This document shows, one piece after another, positions 39,533-53,599 of a DNA stretch of 64,000 bases (positions are counted from its first letter, which is position 1; each line of letters starts with the position of its first letter). Where the stretch lies: NCBI RefSeq assembly GCF_009914755.1, contig NC_060929.1; one strand, given 5' to 3'. The notes under the pieces were generated by a model. That model was not told where the DNA came from. It was given only the letters and a program-made list of their open reading frames with translations, and made no database searches. Made by a program: the position numbers and the translations under genes. Source of the stretch: the human T2T-CHM13v2.0 reference genome, Homo sapiens.

Positions 39533-41774
39533 TGTATTAGTCCATTCTCACTCTTCTAATAAATATATACCAGAGACTAGGTAATTTATAGAGGAAAGAG
39601 GTTTAATTGACTCACAGTTCAGCATGGCTACGGAGGCCTCAGAAAACTTAAAATCATGGTGGACAAGGAAGCAAACATACCTCTCTTCACAAGCTGGCAG
39701 GAGAGAGAAGTGCCAAGTGAAGCGGGGAAGCCCCTTATAAAACCATCAGATATCATGAGAATTTGAGAACAGCATAAGGGTAACTGCCCCCATGATTCAA
39801 TTACCTCCCACTGGGATCCTCCCACCACAGGTGGGGATTATTGGAACTACAATTCAGGATGAGATTTGGGTGGGGACAGAGCCAAACCATATCATTCTGC
39901 CCCGGCCCCTCTCAAATTTCATGTCTTCACATTTCAAAACACCGTCATCCCTTTCTAACAAGCTCCCAAAGTCTTAGTTCATTCCAGCATTAACCGAGAA
40001 GTCCACATCCAAAGTCTCATCTGATACCAGGCAATTCCCTTCCATCTATGAGCCTATAAAATCAAAAGCAAGTTAGTTACTTCCTAGATACAATGGAGCT
40101 ACAGACATTGGGTAAATTCACCCATTCCAAATGAGAGAAATTAGCCAAAACAAAAGGGCTACAGGCCCCATGCAAGTCCAAAATCCAATAGGGCAGCCTT
40201 AAACCTTAAAGTCCCAAAATAATCTCCATTGACTCCATGTCTCACATCCACATCACACTGATGCAAGAAATGGGCTCCCATGGCCTTGGGAAGTGCCACC
40301 CCTGTGGCTTTGCAGGGTACAGCCCCCCTCCCGCCTACTTTCATGGGCTGATGTTGAGTGTCTGTGGCTTTTCTAGGTGCACAACAGAAGCTGTAAGTGA
40401 ATCTACCATTCTGCGGTCTGGAGGATGGTGGCCCTCTTCTCAAAATTCTGAGGTTCTCCATCATGGCTCCACCCCTGTAGCAGACTTTTGCCTAGACATC
40501 CAGGCATTTCCATACATTCTCTGAAATCTAAATGGAGGTTCCCAAACCTCAATTCTTGACTTCTGTGCACCCACAAGCTGAATATAACATGAAATTCCCC
40601 AAGGCTTGGGGTTTGCACCCTCTGAAGCAATGGCCTGAGCTGTATGTTGGCCCCTTTTAGCCACTGCTAGAGATGAAGCAGCTGGGACTCAGGGCTGCAT
40701 AGAGCAGAGAGGCCCGTGGCCTGGCCACATCCCAAGGCTGCATAGAGCAGAAGGATCGCATGGCCTGGCCCTGGAAACCATTTTTTCCACCTAGGCTTCC
40801 AGTTTTATGATGGAAGGGGCTGCTGTGAAGGTCTCTGACATGCCCTGGAGATATTTTCCCCATTGTCTTGGTGATTAACATTCAACTCCTCATTACTTAT
40901 GCAAATTTCTGTAGAGGGCTTACATTTCTCCCTAGAAAATGTTTTGTTTTTTTTTTTTTTCTATTGCATCATCAGGCTGCAGATTTTTCAAACCTTTATG
41001 CTCTGCTTCTTCTTGAACACTTTGCTGCTTACAAATTTTTTCCACCAGATACCCTAAATCATCTCTCTCAAGTTCAAAGTTCCACAGATCTCTAGGGCAG
41101 GGGCAAAATGCCACCAGTCTCTTTGCTAAAACATAGCAAGACTCATCTTTGCTCAAGTTCCCAAGAAGTTCCTCATCTCCATCTGAGCCCACCTCAGCCT
41201 GGATTTCATTGTCCATATCACTATCAGCACTTTGGTCATTGCCATCCAACAAGTCTCTAGAGGTTTCAAACTTTCCCACATTTTCCTGTCTTCTTCTGGG
41301 CCCTTCAAACTGTTCCGACCTCTGTCTGTTACCCAGCTCCAAAGTTGCTTCCACATTTTCAGGTATCTTTATAGCAGCACCCCACTCTCTGTGGTACCAA
41401 TTTACTGTATTAGCCCATTCTCACGCTGCCAATAAAGACATACTTGAGACTGGGTAATTTATAAAGAAAAAAGGTTTAATTGATTCACAGTTCAGCATGG
41501 CTGGGGAGGCCTCAGGAAACTTACAATCATGACAGAAAGGGAAGCAAACATGTCTTATTCACAAGGCAGCAGGAGAGAGAAGTACTGAGTGAAGGAGGGA
41601 AGCCAGTTATAAAACCATCAGCTCTTGGGGGAACTCACTATCAAGAGAACAGCATGAGAGTAACCACCTCCATGATTCAATTATCTCCCACCGGGTCTCT
41701 CTCAGGAAATGTGAGGATTATGGTAACTACAAATCAAGATGAGATTTGGGTGAGGATACAGACAAACCATATCA
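39533..41774 (-). mobile_element. Full-length THE1D-type element (LTR 39533-39894, internal 39895-41405, LTR 41406-41774)
   Basis: Paired LTRs; internal region homologous to 626-2175; TSD CCTAG/CCTGG. Confidence 0.95.
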
Positions 41775-41927
41775 CCTGGACACAGAGAGCGTATGTAGTA
41801 AAAAGGGCATTTAAGTAAATAATATAACAGAATTGCAGAGGACACAATGCACTCTGAAAACAGTCACAATTTGATCTGTAATTGTAACTAGCTTTAATAG
41901 GACATACCAAAAATAGACGTCACATAA

Positions 41928-42013
41928 TGAAAGAGAAAGAAAGAGAGAGGGAGGAGAGAGAGAGAAAGAAAGAGAGAGGGAAAGAAGGAAGAAAGGAAGG
42001 AAGGAAGGAAGGA
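41928..42013. repeat. GA-rich / (GGAA)n simple repeat
   Basis: Pure purine tract. Confidence 0.9.
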
Positions 42014-42649
42014 GTCTACATGCTCTCTAGCCAATCAAATAACAGTATCCAGAAAACATGAACACGAATGTTCTTCCAAGTAAACTATTTAAATATTCTC
42101 CTTTCCATCTTGTCCTGCATTCTAATGCAGCCAATGGCATGAATCCACATTGTCCAGTGACATAGTCTGACTCTATTTTGTCCTCAAACACTTTGTTTCT
42201 GTGTCAAAGCTCATTTGTCCAGCTGAGGGCTTTAATCTCCTGCTCCATCCCCTTCTCCCCATTGCACCTTGCTACTTTACCTGGCGAAGCACCAAACCCA
42301 AACTTCTCACCAAGAGGAGCTTCAGTTATTTGATTTCTACTAATATGTGAGATTAATGTGTAGTGTTCTGTGAATCTGGTATAATCCATCACACAATCAG
42401 ATGCTGGCCTTCCCTTAATGAATGTATAATAGAGAATGACATTATCCATTAAGTGAGAATAAGATGGAGCAGGCACATAGCTGAGTAAAGGCCAACACCA
42501 TGAGGAGCCATGTGTAGATCCTTTGATTTCAGAACTAAAGCCCAAATGTCATGCTCTTCAGGGGAAATATAACTTGGCGGGGTCCACTCTGTCAGGACAA
42601 GTGTCAGTGAAGCACCTCGGTGTGGGAACTGAGTAGCCTGGCTTTGGGT

Positions 42650-43075
42650 TTTTAAAAGAAAAAACTCTAGGCAAATTAAATTTAGCAGAGTTTAATTGAG
42701 CAAAGAATGATTCAAGCATCGGGCAGCCTCCAGAACAAGAATAGGTTCAGAGAGGCTGTAGGGCTGACACATGGTCTGGTAACATTTATGGACAGAAAAG
42801 GGAAAGCAAACTACAGAAAATGGAAATGAATTGCAGAAACAGCTGGATTGCTGACAGCTGGCGTTTGCCTTATTTGAACCTGGTTTGAACAGTTAGCTGC
42901 CTGTAATTGACTGAAACTCAGCTGCTGTGATTGGCTGAGATTCAACTACTTACACAAAGTATATAACAAACTATTTACACATCAAGTTAGGTTTCAGTTC
43001 ACTGTGTACAGAGAAATCTTTAAACTTAAAATACGTGTGGAGAAAATTTTAGGCCAAATTTAATTCAATTTAACA
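42650..43075 (-). mobile_element. MER57-family (ERV1) solo LTR
   Basis: GAGTTTAATTGAGCAAAGAATGATTC...GCGTTTGCCTTATTTGAAC...AATTTAACA; 4-bp TSD GGGT at 42646-42649 and 43076-43079. Confidence 0.88.
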
Positions 43076-43221
43076 GGGTTAAGTCTGTCTTGGGGAGACT
43101 GCATGAGGAAGAAGTGAAATTCTGTGCATTGTGTTTGTTGGTAAACCAGGCTAAAACATTTGCAGACATACATTAAAAACCACCAGATTTAATAATATTG
43201 TCTAAAATACTTAAGACAGTC

Positions 43222-43870
43222 AGGACACTTTTACACTGTTGGTGGGACTGTAAACTAGTTCAACCATTGTGGAAGTCAGTGTGGCGATTCCTCAGGGATC
43301 TAGAACTAGAAATACCATTTGACCCAGCCATCCCATTACTGGGTATATACCCAAAGGATTATAAATCATGCTGCTATAAAGACACATGTACATGTATGTT
43401 TATAGCGGCACTATTCACAATAGCAAAGACTTGGAACCAACCTAAACGTCCAACAATGATAGACTGGATTAAGAAAATTTGGCACATATACACCATGGAA
43501 TACTATGCAGCCATAAAAAAATGATGAGTTCATGTCCTTTGTAGGGACATGGATGAAACTGGAAACCATCATTCTCAGCAAAATATCACAAGGACAAAAA
43601 AACCAAACACTGCATGTTCTCACTCATAGGTGGGAATTGAACAATGAGAACACATGGACACAGGAGGGGGAACATCACACACCAGGGACTGTTGTGGGGT
43701 GGGGGGAGGGGGAGGGATAGCATTAGGTGATATACCTAATGCTAAATGACAAGTTAATGGGTGCAGCACACCAACATGGCACATGTATACATATGTAACA
43801 AACCTGCATGTTATGCACATGTACCCTAAAACTTAAAGTATAACAATAATAAAATAAAGTAAAATAAATA
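43222..43870 (+). mobile_element. Young 5'-truncated L1 (L1PA3/4-like)
   Basis: ORF2 C-terminus ([20 protein letters not shown]...YTMEYYAAIK), G-rich 3'UTR, CCCTAAAACTTAAAGTATAA and A tail. Confidence 0.95.
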
Positions 43871-44014
43871 TATGTTCCAAATTATACCTATAGTAAATAC
43901 TGGCACTAGGAATGGAGCCTAGATCATCTGACTCTGGAACTTGTGTTAATCCCATTTGAACCTGTAAATAACTCTGTGGATTAAGAACAAAGATTATTTC
44001 CATTTTATGGAGGA

Positions 44015-44180
44015 GTGGCAGAAAAGTGTGGTGGTTAGGAGAGCAAATGTAAGTGTTAGAAGAGTCCATTTTGATTCTGGCTCTGTCGTTTATCAGTTGT
44101 GAATTTGGGAAAGGTATCTAACTCCTCTGAGATTTACAACGTCCTCAAATATCAAGATGTAGAGAACACTTAATCTCTTA
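44015..44180 (+). mobile_element. MIR fragment
   Basis: GTGTGGTGGTTAGGAGAGC...TTCTGGCTCTGTC...TCTAACTCCTCTGAG. Confidence 0.6.
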
Positions 44181-44324
44181 GGGCCTCTCTGTCTTTGCCA
44201 TCATCATCATGGTTATTACGTATTTTGGGTTTTCTCATCTTAATTTTTTCTCCTACCTGAAATTGCCATGTTATTCCCCTTAAACCCTTAGATTAAGAGA
44301 TGGCTGCAATGTACTACTATGCTG

Positions 44325-44450
44325 CTAATAGTAAATATTTATTGTACACTTACTACATGCCAAGTGCTTTTAGTGCATTATCTCATTCAATCTTTACAAC
44401 CCCTCCACGAGATAAATACTGGTGTCATCTATAATTTATAGCTAGAAACA
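44325..44450 (-). mobile_element. MIR fragment
   Basis: ATTTATTGTACACTTACTACATGCCAAG...TTATCTCATTCAATCTTTACAACCC. Confidence 0.7.
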
Positions 44451-45649
44451 GAACTCGCCTAGAACTGGACATTGCTGATTTCACTTCCCCTTTTCCTGCC
44501 CACCACCCTGACTGCCAACTGACTTCGGAACTCCAAAAAGGCATCCATGAAAACGACAGGAATTGCCTGCAGGAAATTCAATGCTCCAGGAGTTTGACAC
44601 TAAAAAGACTGGGAACTGTCCACCAACTGGTGCTACCGAGAATAGTGGTTGTTGAAAGGAATTTCGGCTCTATCCCAACTTAATTTTCCTCAGGGATGTG
44701 TCAATTACCTCCAAGTCCTCTTCAGAAGGGTAGCCGGAAAAACAGTGAAACCAAGTAACTCACCTGAGAACAAGCCGGGAGTAGTGCAAAGGAATCAACC
44801 AGACTTTTAATTTATTACAAAGTCCAGCCACTCCATTTGCTTTCTAACAACCTTGTTGCGTGGTATTGAGTAAAAGATGCTATAAAGGACGAACACGTTT
44901 GGAAGTAATAATAATCTGATGTTATGCAACATAATTTTCTCCACATTTGTTGTTATTTTTCTGATAATAAATTTCATACATTTTATTGGAAAACCACAAA
45001 AAAAACAAAAAAGACAGGAGAGGCAATGCAATGAGGTGTAAAGAACCCATGGCTTGGAGTCATGGAGCCTGGACCCCAGTTCCAGCTCAGCCAGCCACTC
45101 ATGTTAAAATCTGAGCTTTATTTCCTCCAACCAGATAGTCACTAAGTTACCTTCTGGTGCTGACATTCAATGACTAGCTTATCAATCTTTGCCACAGTCA
45201 TATATCTCCCTTACTACCTTCTGGGCTTCAAAGTACTACCTCTTCTTCACTTGCCTGAATTGTTGTGTCTTCTTGGGAGCCAGAATAAGAAACAAAAGCA
45301 GAAATGATTCTGGAAAACAGAAACTTGGTTAAGTATATCAACCACGTGATGTCCACCAACATTACGGGCAGATTTACAAGACCGCTTAATACTAGTTCAA
45401 AGGAACAAATGTTTACGAAGCTTTATATATAATTAAGCACACTTTCATCAAATTTTCCTCACCATTGTAATAACAACCAACATCCTCTAATAAGCTACTG
45501 GGACATTATTAGATGTGAAGATAATTGAGCCTGAAAATGCAGGTTCATTGTTCAGCAGACCTATTTGTTCTTCATAATCTCATGGGATCCTTGGCAATAT
45601 TTTGATGTTTTATTATCTACAGTACTAGTAACTAGAGTCCTAACAGTTA

Positions 45650-45860
45650 GGGGATGAACTCTTAGCTTTCAGGCTGTAATTTGCCTGTGAACCAAAGGTG
45701 TCCCAAAGCCTAAAATGTAAGAATGACATTTACATTTTTCACAGATTGTAAAAAAAAAAAAAAAAAAGTGACAGAGAGACAGAGATAGTATTTGTCCTAT
45801 AAAGCCTAAAATATTTACTCTCTGGTTCTTTGCAGTAAATAAAAGTTTGCCAAGCCTTGA
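45650..45860. mobile_element. MER58-like hAT DNA transposon fossil
   Basis: AAGCCTAAAATATTTACTCTCTGGTTCTTTGCAG...AAAAGTTTGCCAAGCCTTG. Confidence 0.7.
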
Positions 45861-47299
45861 ACTAGACTAAATATGAGACTTCCATTACTTAAACCTTAAT
45901 AGATAAAAAGCTAGGGACTTCTTTTATACTTCACCCTAATTTCTGAGCAGATAACTAAAATATCCCCCTTAAGGTAAAGTTCCCTGAGATTCTGTCTTGA
46001 AACACAGAAAGAATAAATGCTATGGAAGCAAGACACAATAGGAAAATTCAGATTGGAGACTCAATAACACGGGTGGAGGATGAAGACTAATTACTAAGGT
46101 GAAGAGAAGCAGAAGAAAATTCTCAGGAGACAGAAGACAGGGAATTTGAAAAAAACCACATGGTCCAGCTAAAGGTCAGAGTGCAAAGTGAGTAATAAGA
46201 AAAATTAAGGCTACATAAGTAAATACAGGTTAGAAATGAAAGAACTTATACACAGAAAAATGTCTAGATATTATACTAAGGGCACTGGGGAGCAACTGCA
46301 ATGATAGTCTACTGCTATTCTTAATACCTACCACTAAGCCCAGAGCACCCTCCAGACAAATGAGTCAGACCCCTATCCTGAATGTGAGACTATAATGGAA
46401 GTTATTGAGTGGAGAACAGGGGATGTTATTAGATCTCAGGTCCACAAGAATTCTAAGATCTATAAAGCATCCATTTCCCTCTACATGTTCCGAAGGCCCC
46501 CAGATGACTTCAGACATTTCAGGTAGAATTAGGGATATCAGTAAAAAGTACTCTGAAAATAAAAATCTGAGACTCAGGAGAATCTCCCAGGGTAACATAT
46601 TTTGACAAAACACACGCCAAAAGAAATAGCATGTTGCTTGCTGTCAAGGAATGGTTATCATATTGTCCACTGAGGGACCAGAAGAAATAAGTTATCTCAT
46701 TTATCATGTGTCTAGGTAGGGGGAAATAAAAAAAAACTTTACTCAACAAACTGCAGGGTCAAAATACATTGCATCTTGCATCTTGCAATTTTCTTCCAGA
46801 TTGTAGAATAAACACCTGTTTTGACAATGCTTCTGCAAACTCCTCTGCAAAATGCATCATTCTGCTCTGAGAGCTAACTAGTCATCTACAAAGCTCTGCA
46901 GGGACCCTGGGAGAGAAGATAGGAAAAGAGAGAGACAAGAAGACACCCACCTGCACTTTTGTGAAAGCCTTTAGGAAATCATGAGCCTGGATTCTGGTGC
47001 CAGATGCCAAGAAATAGTAGGTCCAAAGTTATGAATTGTGCCTGCCATTGGTTAAAATGGTCAGAGAAGCGAAAACTGAGTTTCCATGCCCTATGGGAGC
47101 CAAAGCAGCAAGGATGTCTGAGAACCACCAAATGTAGTTGTGGCGGGAATATATTAGGGAATGAAACTGAAGGATACATCATGCCTGATCCCTTCAGATG
47201 AGCAAGAATGCAATGGTGTGAGGCGATGGCTGGTGAAATAATTTAATGGGTCAATTACTTCTCAAAGGGGCTAGAGTTTGAAATGAACTTTGCATACCT

Positions 47300-47816
47300 C
47301 TTGTGCATTACTTAAATCCCCATGGCCTCATCTTTTCTCTAGCCATGGCAGGGACCAGAATCAGGCAAGCTTCAACCAGCTTCAAACAGTGTCACCTGGC
47401 AGTACTTCAACTCAGTCTGTACTGCCCATCTTCTACTCCCTGGGATCCCTCAGGGAACAACTGGGCACTCACTCACATGCCATGCAAAATACAGAAGATT
47501 TCATGTCCCCTGGGGCAACTGTTGGCCAAAGAATGGGGCACAATTGCCCACGTATCATTATTTCCCCCTCGCCTCTTTTAGATGAACGTTTCTGAGTTTT
47601 ATTTTATCCAGCTCCTCAGAAACTTTTTCAGAGTCAATTACCAGTTGATTGTAGCAGTGGCCAAATCAGTAACATACCTTTCTGAAGGCCTCCCCTACCT
47701 CCCCTGTTTTCACTCCTGTCTCTCATGCCTGCCTTCTATGATCACATCCCTAAACCCTCTGCATACCAGTTTTCCCCCAGTCTCTGCCTTCAGGGGAAGC
47801 ATGAGAGGATAAGACA
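47300..47816 (+). mobile_element. LTR16-like (ERVL) LTR
   Basis: CATGTCCCCTGGGGCAACT...GCAGTGGCCAAATCAGTAACATACC...GTCTCTGCCTTCAGGGGAAG...TAAGACA. Confidence 0.55.
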
Positions 47817-47849
47817 GGGGCCATTTTGGAGTTGTGATCCACAGGACTC

Positions 47850-48260
47850 TTAGTTTATTTATTAATTCAACATATACTTACTCTGTTTCTACTATGCACT
47901 TGGCCCTTTTCTAGGTGGTGAGGACATAGCAACAAACAATGTTCCTGTTCACGTGGAGCTTGCATCCAAGTGGGAGAGACAAATAGTAAGCAAGTAAAAG
48001 AGTAAACGAGGACATTTCAGAGAATGACGAAACCAAGAAGAAAACAAAACATGTGAATGTGATAGGGAGAAGAATGCGTGAGAGGAGTGTGGCTTTTTAG
48101 AAGGAAGGAAGGAAGTCTTTCCTCAAGAGGGGACATTTTAGCTCCACCCTAAACTTCAAGAATTAGTCTTGAGAGGATCATATAGAAAAAGGTTTCAGGG
48201 AAAAGGAGCAGTAATTATGGAATCTTTGAGTGAAGAAAAAACTTGATATATTCTGGAGAT
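47850..48260 (-). mobile_element. L2 3' region
   Basis: TTAATTCAACATATACTTACT...CTACTATGCACTTGGC...GTGGAGCTTGCATCCAAGTGGGAGAGACA. Confidence 0.8.
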
Positions 48261-48926
48261 GTGCCTGGGATCCACTGAGCAAGTGAGAGATTCACATGTC
48301 CTGAGATTGGAGAAGTGGAGGGCTAACCCAAGTGGCCAACACCAGACTGTACCCAGAATTACTCCTCCTCTCAAATCTCCCATATATTCTTACTGGGTCA
48401 AGTTTATCATTTCTGTACTCTTCCTCTGGGAGGAGTTTTCTTCTTACTCGTTATCTAGAGGATAGTCTGTGGAGCCCTCACTATGAGTTTCCTCAATGTG
48501 GTGATAGAAAATGAGATGGAGTTGATTACATGGGGGTTGGAAATCCAGCATCAAAGCCACTCCTGGTTAAGAAGGTGGTACACAGAAAAGAGTCATAGAA
48601 AATAAATTAATATATATAAATCACATATCAGAAAAGGATTCTGAGAAGTTCAAAGGTTCATTTCTATATCCTGCTAAAACAATACCAGAGCTCATGCAAA
48701 ATTATATGCTCTTCTTCTTAAGAACAAGGAAATTCTGTCACTCCATCCAGAATCTTCACTTTCTCAAAAATTCCAACTGAATCTAACATAAATACCTCCT
48801 TTTATCAGCAAAATGGTACAATGGACCATTTACCCTCTATATAGATATAGAATTCTATTTCTTATTTGTAATAACTAACCCTACAGAGATCTTTTTCCCT
48901 CTCATCCCCTCATCTCCCAGGGCTCC

Positions 48927-49285
48927 TGCATTAATTACTCCGTTTTCATGCTGCTGAGAAAGACATACCCAAGACTGGCCCATTTACAAAAGAAAGATGT
49001 TTATTGGACTTACAGTTGCACATGGCTGGTGAGGCCTCACAATCATGGCAGAAGGCAAGGAGGAGCAAGTCACATCTTACGTAGATGGTGGCAGGCAAAG
49101 AGAGAGAGATTGTTCAGGGAAATTCCCCCTGGTAGAACCAACGTACCTCATGAGACTTTTTCACTGTAACAGAACAGCACAGGAAAGACCTGCTCCCATT
49201 ATTCAATTACCTCCCACTCGGTACCTCCGATAACACATAGGAATTCAAAATGAGATTTGGATGGGGACACAGCCAAACCATATTA
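48927..49285 (-). mobile_element. THE1B-type solo LTR
   Basis: GAAGGCAAGGAGGAGCAAGTCACATCTTACGT; TSD GCTCC/TCTCC. Confidence 0.92.
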
Positions 49286-51799
49286 TCTCCACACCCTCAC
49301 ACTGTCCTTCCTTTCCCCAATTTTATTTAATACTGGGTTTCTGGACCTTTATTGGATAATGGCTAGAAGTGTTAGCCCTGATCAAATTCAGGCATCAGTC
49401 ATTATGCAAGTGATGACTATTTTTTGAGATATCCGTACATAGTTGTATATTCTACAAATGTGTACAACTAGTCCTGATCTCAGAGAGACAGACCAAAATA
49501 ATATAAAATAAATCCTTTTCCTCTTAAAATTTTTCTCCCATCCAGACCTCAGAGACGCCAAGTGTGTAACAGTGTGCTTCAGGCTGAGGAAAGTTCAGGA
49601 TCCCCAATCAAACTTTTCTTCTTCCCATCGTCTGAGAGAAACTTTTCCTCATTCCCATTTGAATTGTTAATCCTCTCCTGTTGCTGTTGGCAGAAACATA
49701 TATCTTGTGTCATTTTGATAAAGTTGTGCATTTAATGTTCCTACAGTTAAGTGAGAGGGGAAAAAAATCTAACATTTTTAAAATGAGGCAATTCAAGCAG
49801 CAGAGAGAACACGATGTCGAATGACTAATTCCGAGGTAGCAGGTTACCCCCAGGAACATACATCATTTTCCAGCATGCAGAAAATAACAGGCATTTTTCA
49901 TTTTTCTCCTCAGCGCACACATTTGGTTTTATCCACCAGTCTGTGGGAAGGAGGGTGTCTGGCTTTGTTTCTTTGGACCATCTGATGCTAGAGAAGAGGT
50001 ATACTTTCCAAGCCTTTCTCTTCCAAAGCAAGGAAACACATTGAGACTCTGAAACTCACTACCCTACCATCAACCATGACCTGGGACAGAATTTCAAAGC
50101 ATTCCTTCCTGGGATAATCAAAGAAAACATTAGGGCTATGAGGAACCTAATGAGGCCATGTCTAAAGCCAGTGCCATTTTTCCCAATAATAGGAAAGGCA
50201 GCAGCAAAGGATGCCTCCCAGGGATTCACCACTGTCTGGTGGGTGTAATTACCACCAGACAGCCTCCCTCCCACCACTTAGACTCTGAAAAGAGCCAGAA
50301 AATACAGATATCCAAGGATCACTTCTTAGTTATCCATCCCCAGACAGAAGCCCTACTGCCGTTGTCACGTGCTTGAAGGGATACAGCCAAGAACTAGAAA
50401 CTTAAATCACGCAGTTGAAATTTCAAGGACCTAAAAATGTGAATTTTTGAACTGAGATTTTGCAAGTTCTAGAATCTAGGATTTCTTTTTTTTTTTTCTT
50501 TTCCATTTAGACCCCTAGCCCATTATCCTTGGTAAAATATGAATAAAGAGGGTAGATCTCATGTTAAGTGTTCTTACCACAATCAAATAAAACTAATCAA
50601 GTTAAGAAGGAGAGTATGGAATTTTCCCTAAGGTAAATGAAGAACTTCCTCTGCAGTATTTTCATAGAATCATCTATTAATCCGGTGTTCAAATAATAAT
50701 TTCAATTAGTGAACTCCTACCATGTGTCAAGACTGTGATATAGATTTTGAAATGCATTAGATCCTTATAACAGCTCTATGATGAAGATTTTTCCTTTAGT
50801 GTAACAAGCTCACCTCTTTCCGCTAGCAGCCACCATCCCTGGAGAATGTTAGCTTGTGTGAGGACTCCCTCTTTGCCTTCTTTACTCATATATATCCTCC
50901 ACCTCCTGCTCAGCCCATCCCACCATTACAGATGAGACACTTTGGTCAAATGATTGCTCAGACTATGGACTTGATGTGCACATTTATCTAAAGTAGCAAT
51001 TTGTGTTTTTGTTATGTATGTGTTTGATTTTTGCACTGTCTCTCGAACATTTAGTCTATGCATGGCATTCTGCTAAATTTAGTAATGTGAGACAGTGCTA
51101 TTATTCTCACAGACAGAGGAGGAAACTGAAGCTCTTTCCCTCTCGCTACTTCGAACACTATTTGCCTGGGTAACTACTATCAGTTGTATGATCTTATTCA
51201 GAAAAGTCTTTCCTAACATCACCCACCCACCCCCGTTGCTTCTAAGTTATAGCCACAACCATAGTTGATTATTCATATTATTTGTTTAGTTATCTGCTTC
51301 TTCCATGTGAGGCGCCTTATTCATCACCTTTCATCCATAAAATTTGTGAAAAACAGAAGAGTTTACAAATCATTTTCACATGCTTTATTTTAACACATGG
51401 ATGGGACAGATATGACCATTCACATTGTTAGAAGAATTGGACATGGACTCAGAGAGGAAAAGTGATTTTCCCAAAGATGCAGAGACTTTTTCTCAAGTGT
51501 CCTAAGCAAAACTGGCTTTTCTTGAGTGGGTAAAAGCTAAGGGAAGCTGTATGCTCCTTGGACTGGTAGATTCATCAAGACTCAGCACATTTTATCTTAA
51601 GCAGAGATACTTAAGCACTCATACTACAAAGGTGACCAAATACTTCTGAAACTTTAGGATTGTTTATATATGAAACATGTGCCCTTGGATTTAGGGCAAA
51701 AACTGAATTTATGCCAGGGACACATTATAGATTTGGTTTGAATCAGATCCAGGAAAATTGTAAAGGAAAATTAAAATGCTCACTGTACCAAAATCTGTG

Positions 51800-52015
51800 C
51801 TGTAGAGCAGGTCTCCTTGTTTGGAATCCCTTTTCCAATTCTCACTGGGTGTGTGACCTTGAAAAAATGTTTAACCTCTCTGAGTCTCTACAAGATAAGT
51901 TTTCTTATCTTCACAATAGATATATTAGTGTGCACCTGATGAGCCTACAGATAGGATTATATGCAATAATGCATTTAATGGGTTTAGCATAGTGTCTGCC
52001 ATATGTGAGTTGACA
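51800..52015 (+). mobile_element. MIR
   Basis: GTGTGTGACCTTGAAAAAATGTTTAACCTCTCTGAGTCTC...TTAGCATAGTGTCTGCCATA. Confidence 0.75.
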
Positions 52016-52388
52016 CTGAAAGTCAGATGCCTGATAGTGAGGATCACAATGTGAGGAGGAGCAGGCACAACAGACTGAATAGATGTCATATGTTTTATCC
52101 TGGTTTCTTTCAGGTAAGTCTTTTCAAGGACATATGAATGAGCAGCAAAGGATTCAAAATGACCTTGCTGAGCCATCCAGATACTATACACTGAGGAAGG
52201 GGTTTTGTCAAAGGGAAATTAGAGTCCAAAGACCAACTCCTCAGTGCTTGCCTTGGGATTAGGTGGTAGAACTAGGATTTGGACCCACTTCCTTGAGCCA
52301 CTAGACCCACACATGCTCTTTTTAATGTAAACTTCTTCCCTTAGAAGGTAGAGCTTTCCTAGGGGAATGCAAATGAGAAGAAATCTCA

Positions 52389-52772
<384 letters not shown>

Positions 52773-52874
52773 CTATCCCTTCTAAGCCTGTTCCTACTCC
52801 CATGAAGAACAGAACTCAATTCCCCTTCCCAGGCTCAAAACACCTGCACTCAGACCTACTGGGTAAAAGAAGGA

Positions 52875-53095
52875 AAGTTTATATTGGGTTTGCTATGTAC
52901 CAGGAGCTATACTAACACTTAACATGTGTCATTTTATTTAATCCTCTCACAAATCCTACGACATGGGTGTTATTATCCCTGATTTACAGATTGGGAAACT
53001 GAAGTCAGCAGGATTGGGTACATCTCCAGTGTCATTCAAATGAGAATTGGGGGATCCTAGCTCCAAAACCAGGTCTATCAGACTCAAAATCTATA
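52875..53095 (-). mobile_element. MIR
   Basis: TCATTTTATTTAATCCTCTCACAAATCCTA...TTTACAGATTGGGAAACTGAAGTCAG. Confidence 0.85.
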
Positions 53096-53599
53096 TGTAA
53101 TATAGTACTGTCTCACCCTGAAGAGAAACTCCTCAAGAGACTGCATCTTCATAACAGCCAATGTTAGCTCGCAGGAAAGTTAAATCGATCTAGATCCTTT
53201 TTATTAGGACAGTGCATCTTTTCTGGGAACAAGGTTGGTCTTTTAAACTGCCAAAGCACTAACGCCAAGAGAAATGTGTGTACCAAACCATCTCATTTGT
53301 AGATGGCAGCCACCCTGATTTGAAGCGGATTAAATATCAACAACGGCACCTGTGACTTCTATGATCTCTGAAGGCTGGCAGGATAAATTAAGCGTAACAT
53401 TCTCTGTACCATCCTTCACCACTACCGAATGGTGTATTTGTTCACTCTGAGTAATAGAGCAAACACGGAACAGTGAAAATGTATGATATATTGGAAGCTT
53501 TAGCTTATGCAAGAAAGATGGCTTATTTTCCTTTCCGCACACTCTGTGCACCTCCATTAGCTCATGCATCAGCTGCAGAGCTGTCCTTCAAAAGGACAA

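Noticed and set aside
49895-50005. Possible plus-strand exon (TTTTTCTCCTCAG ... GAG|GTATAC)
   Set aside because: Good acceptor but weak donor and no recognisable coding frame; such pairs are common by chance.
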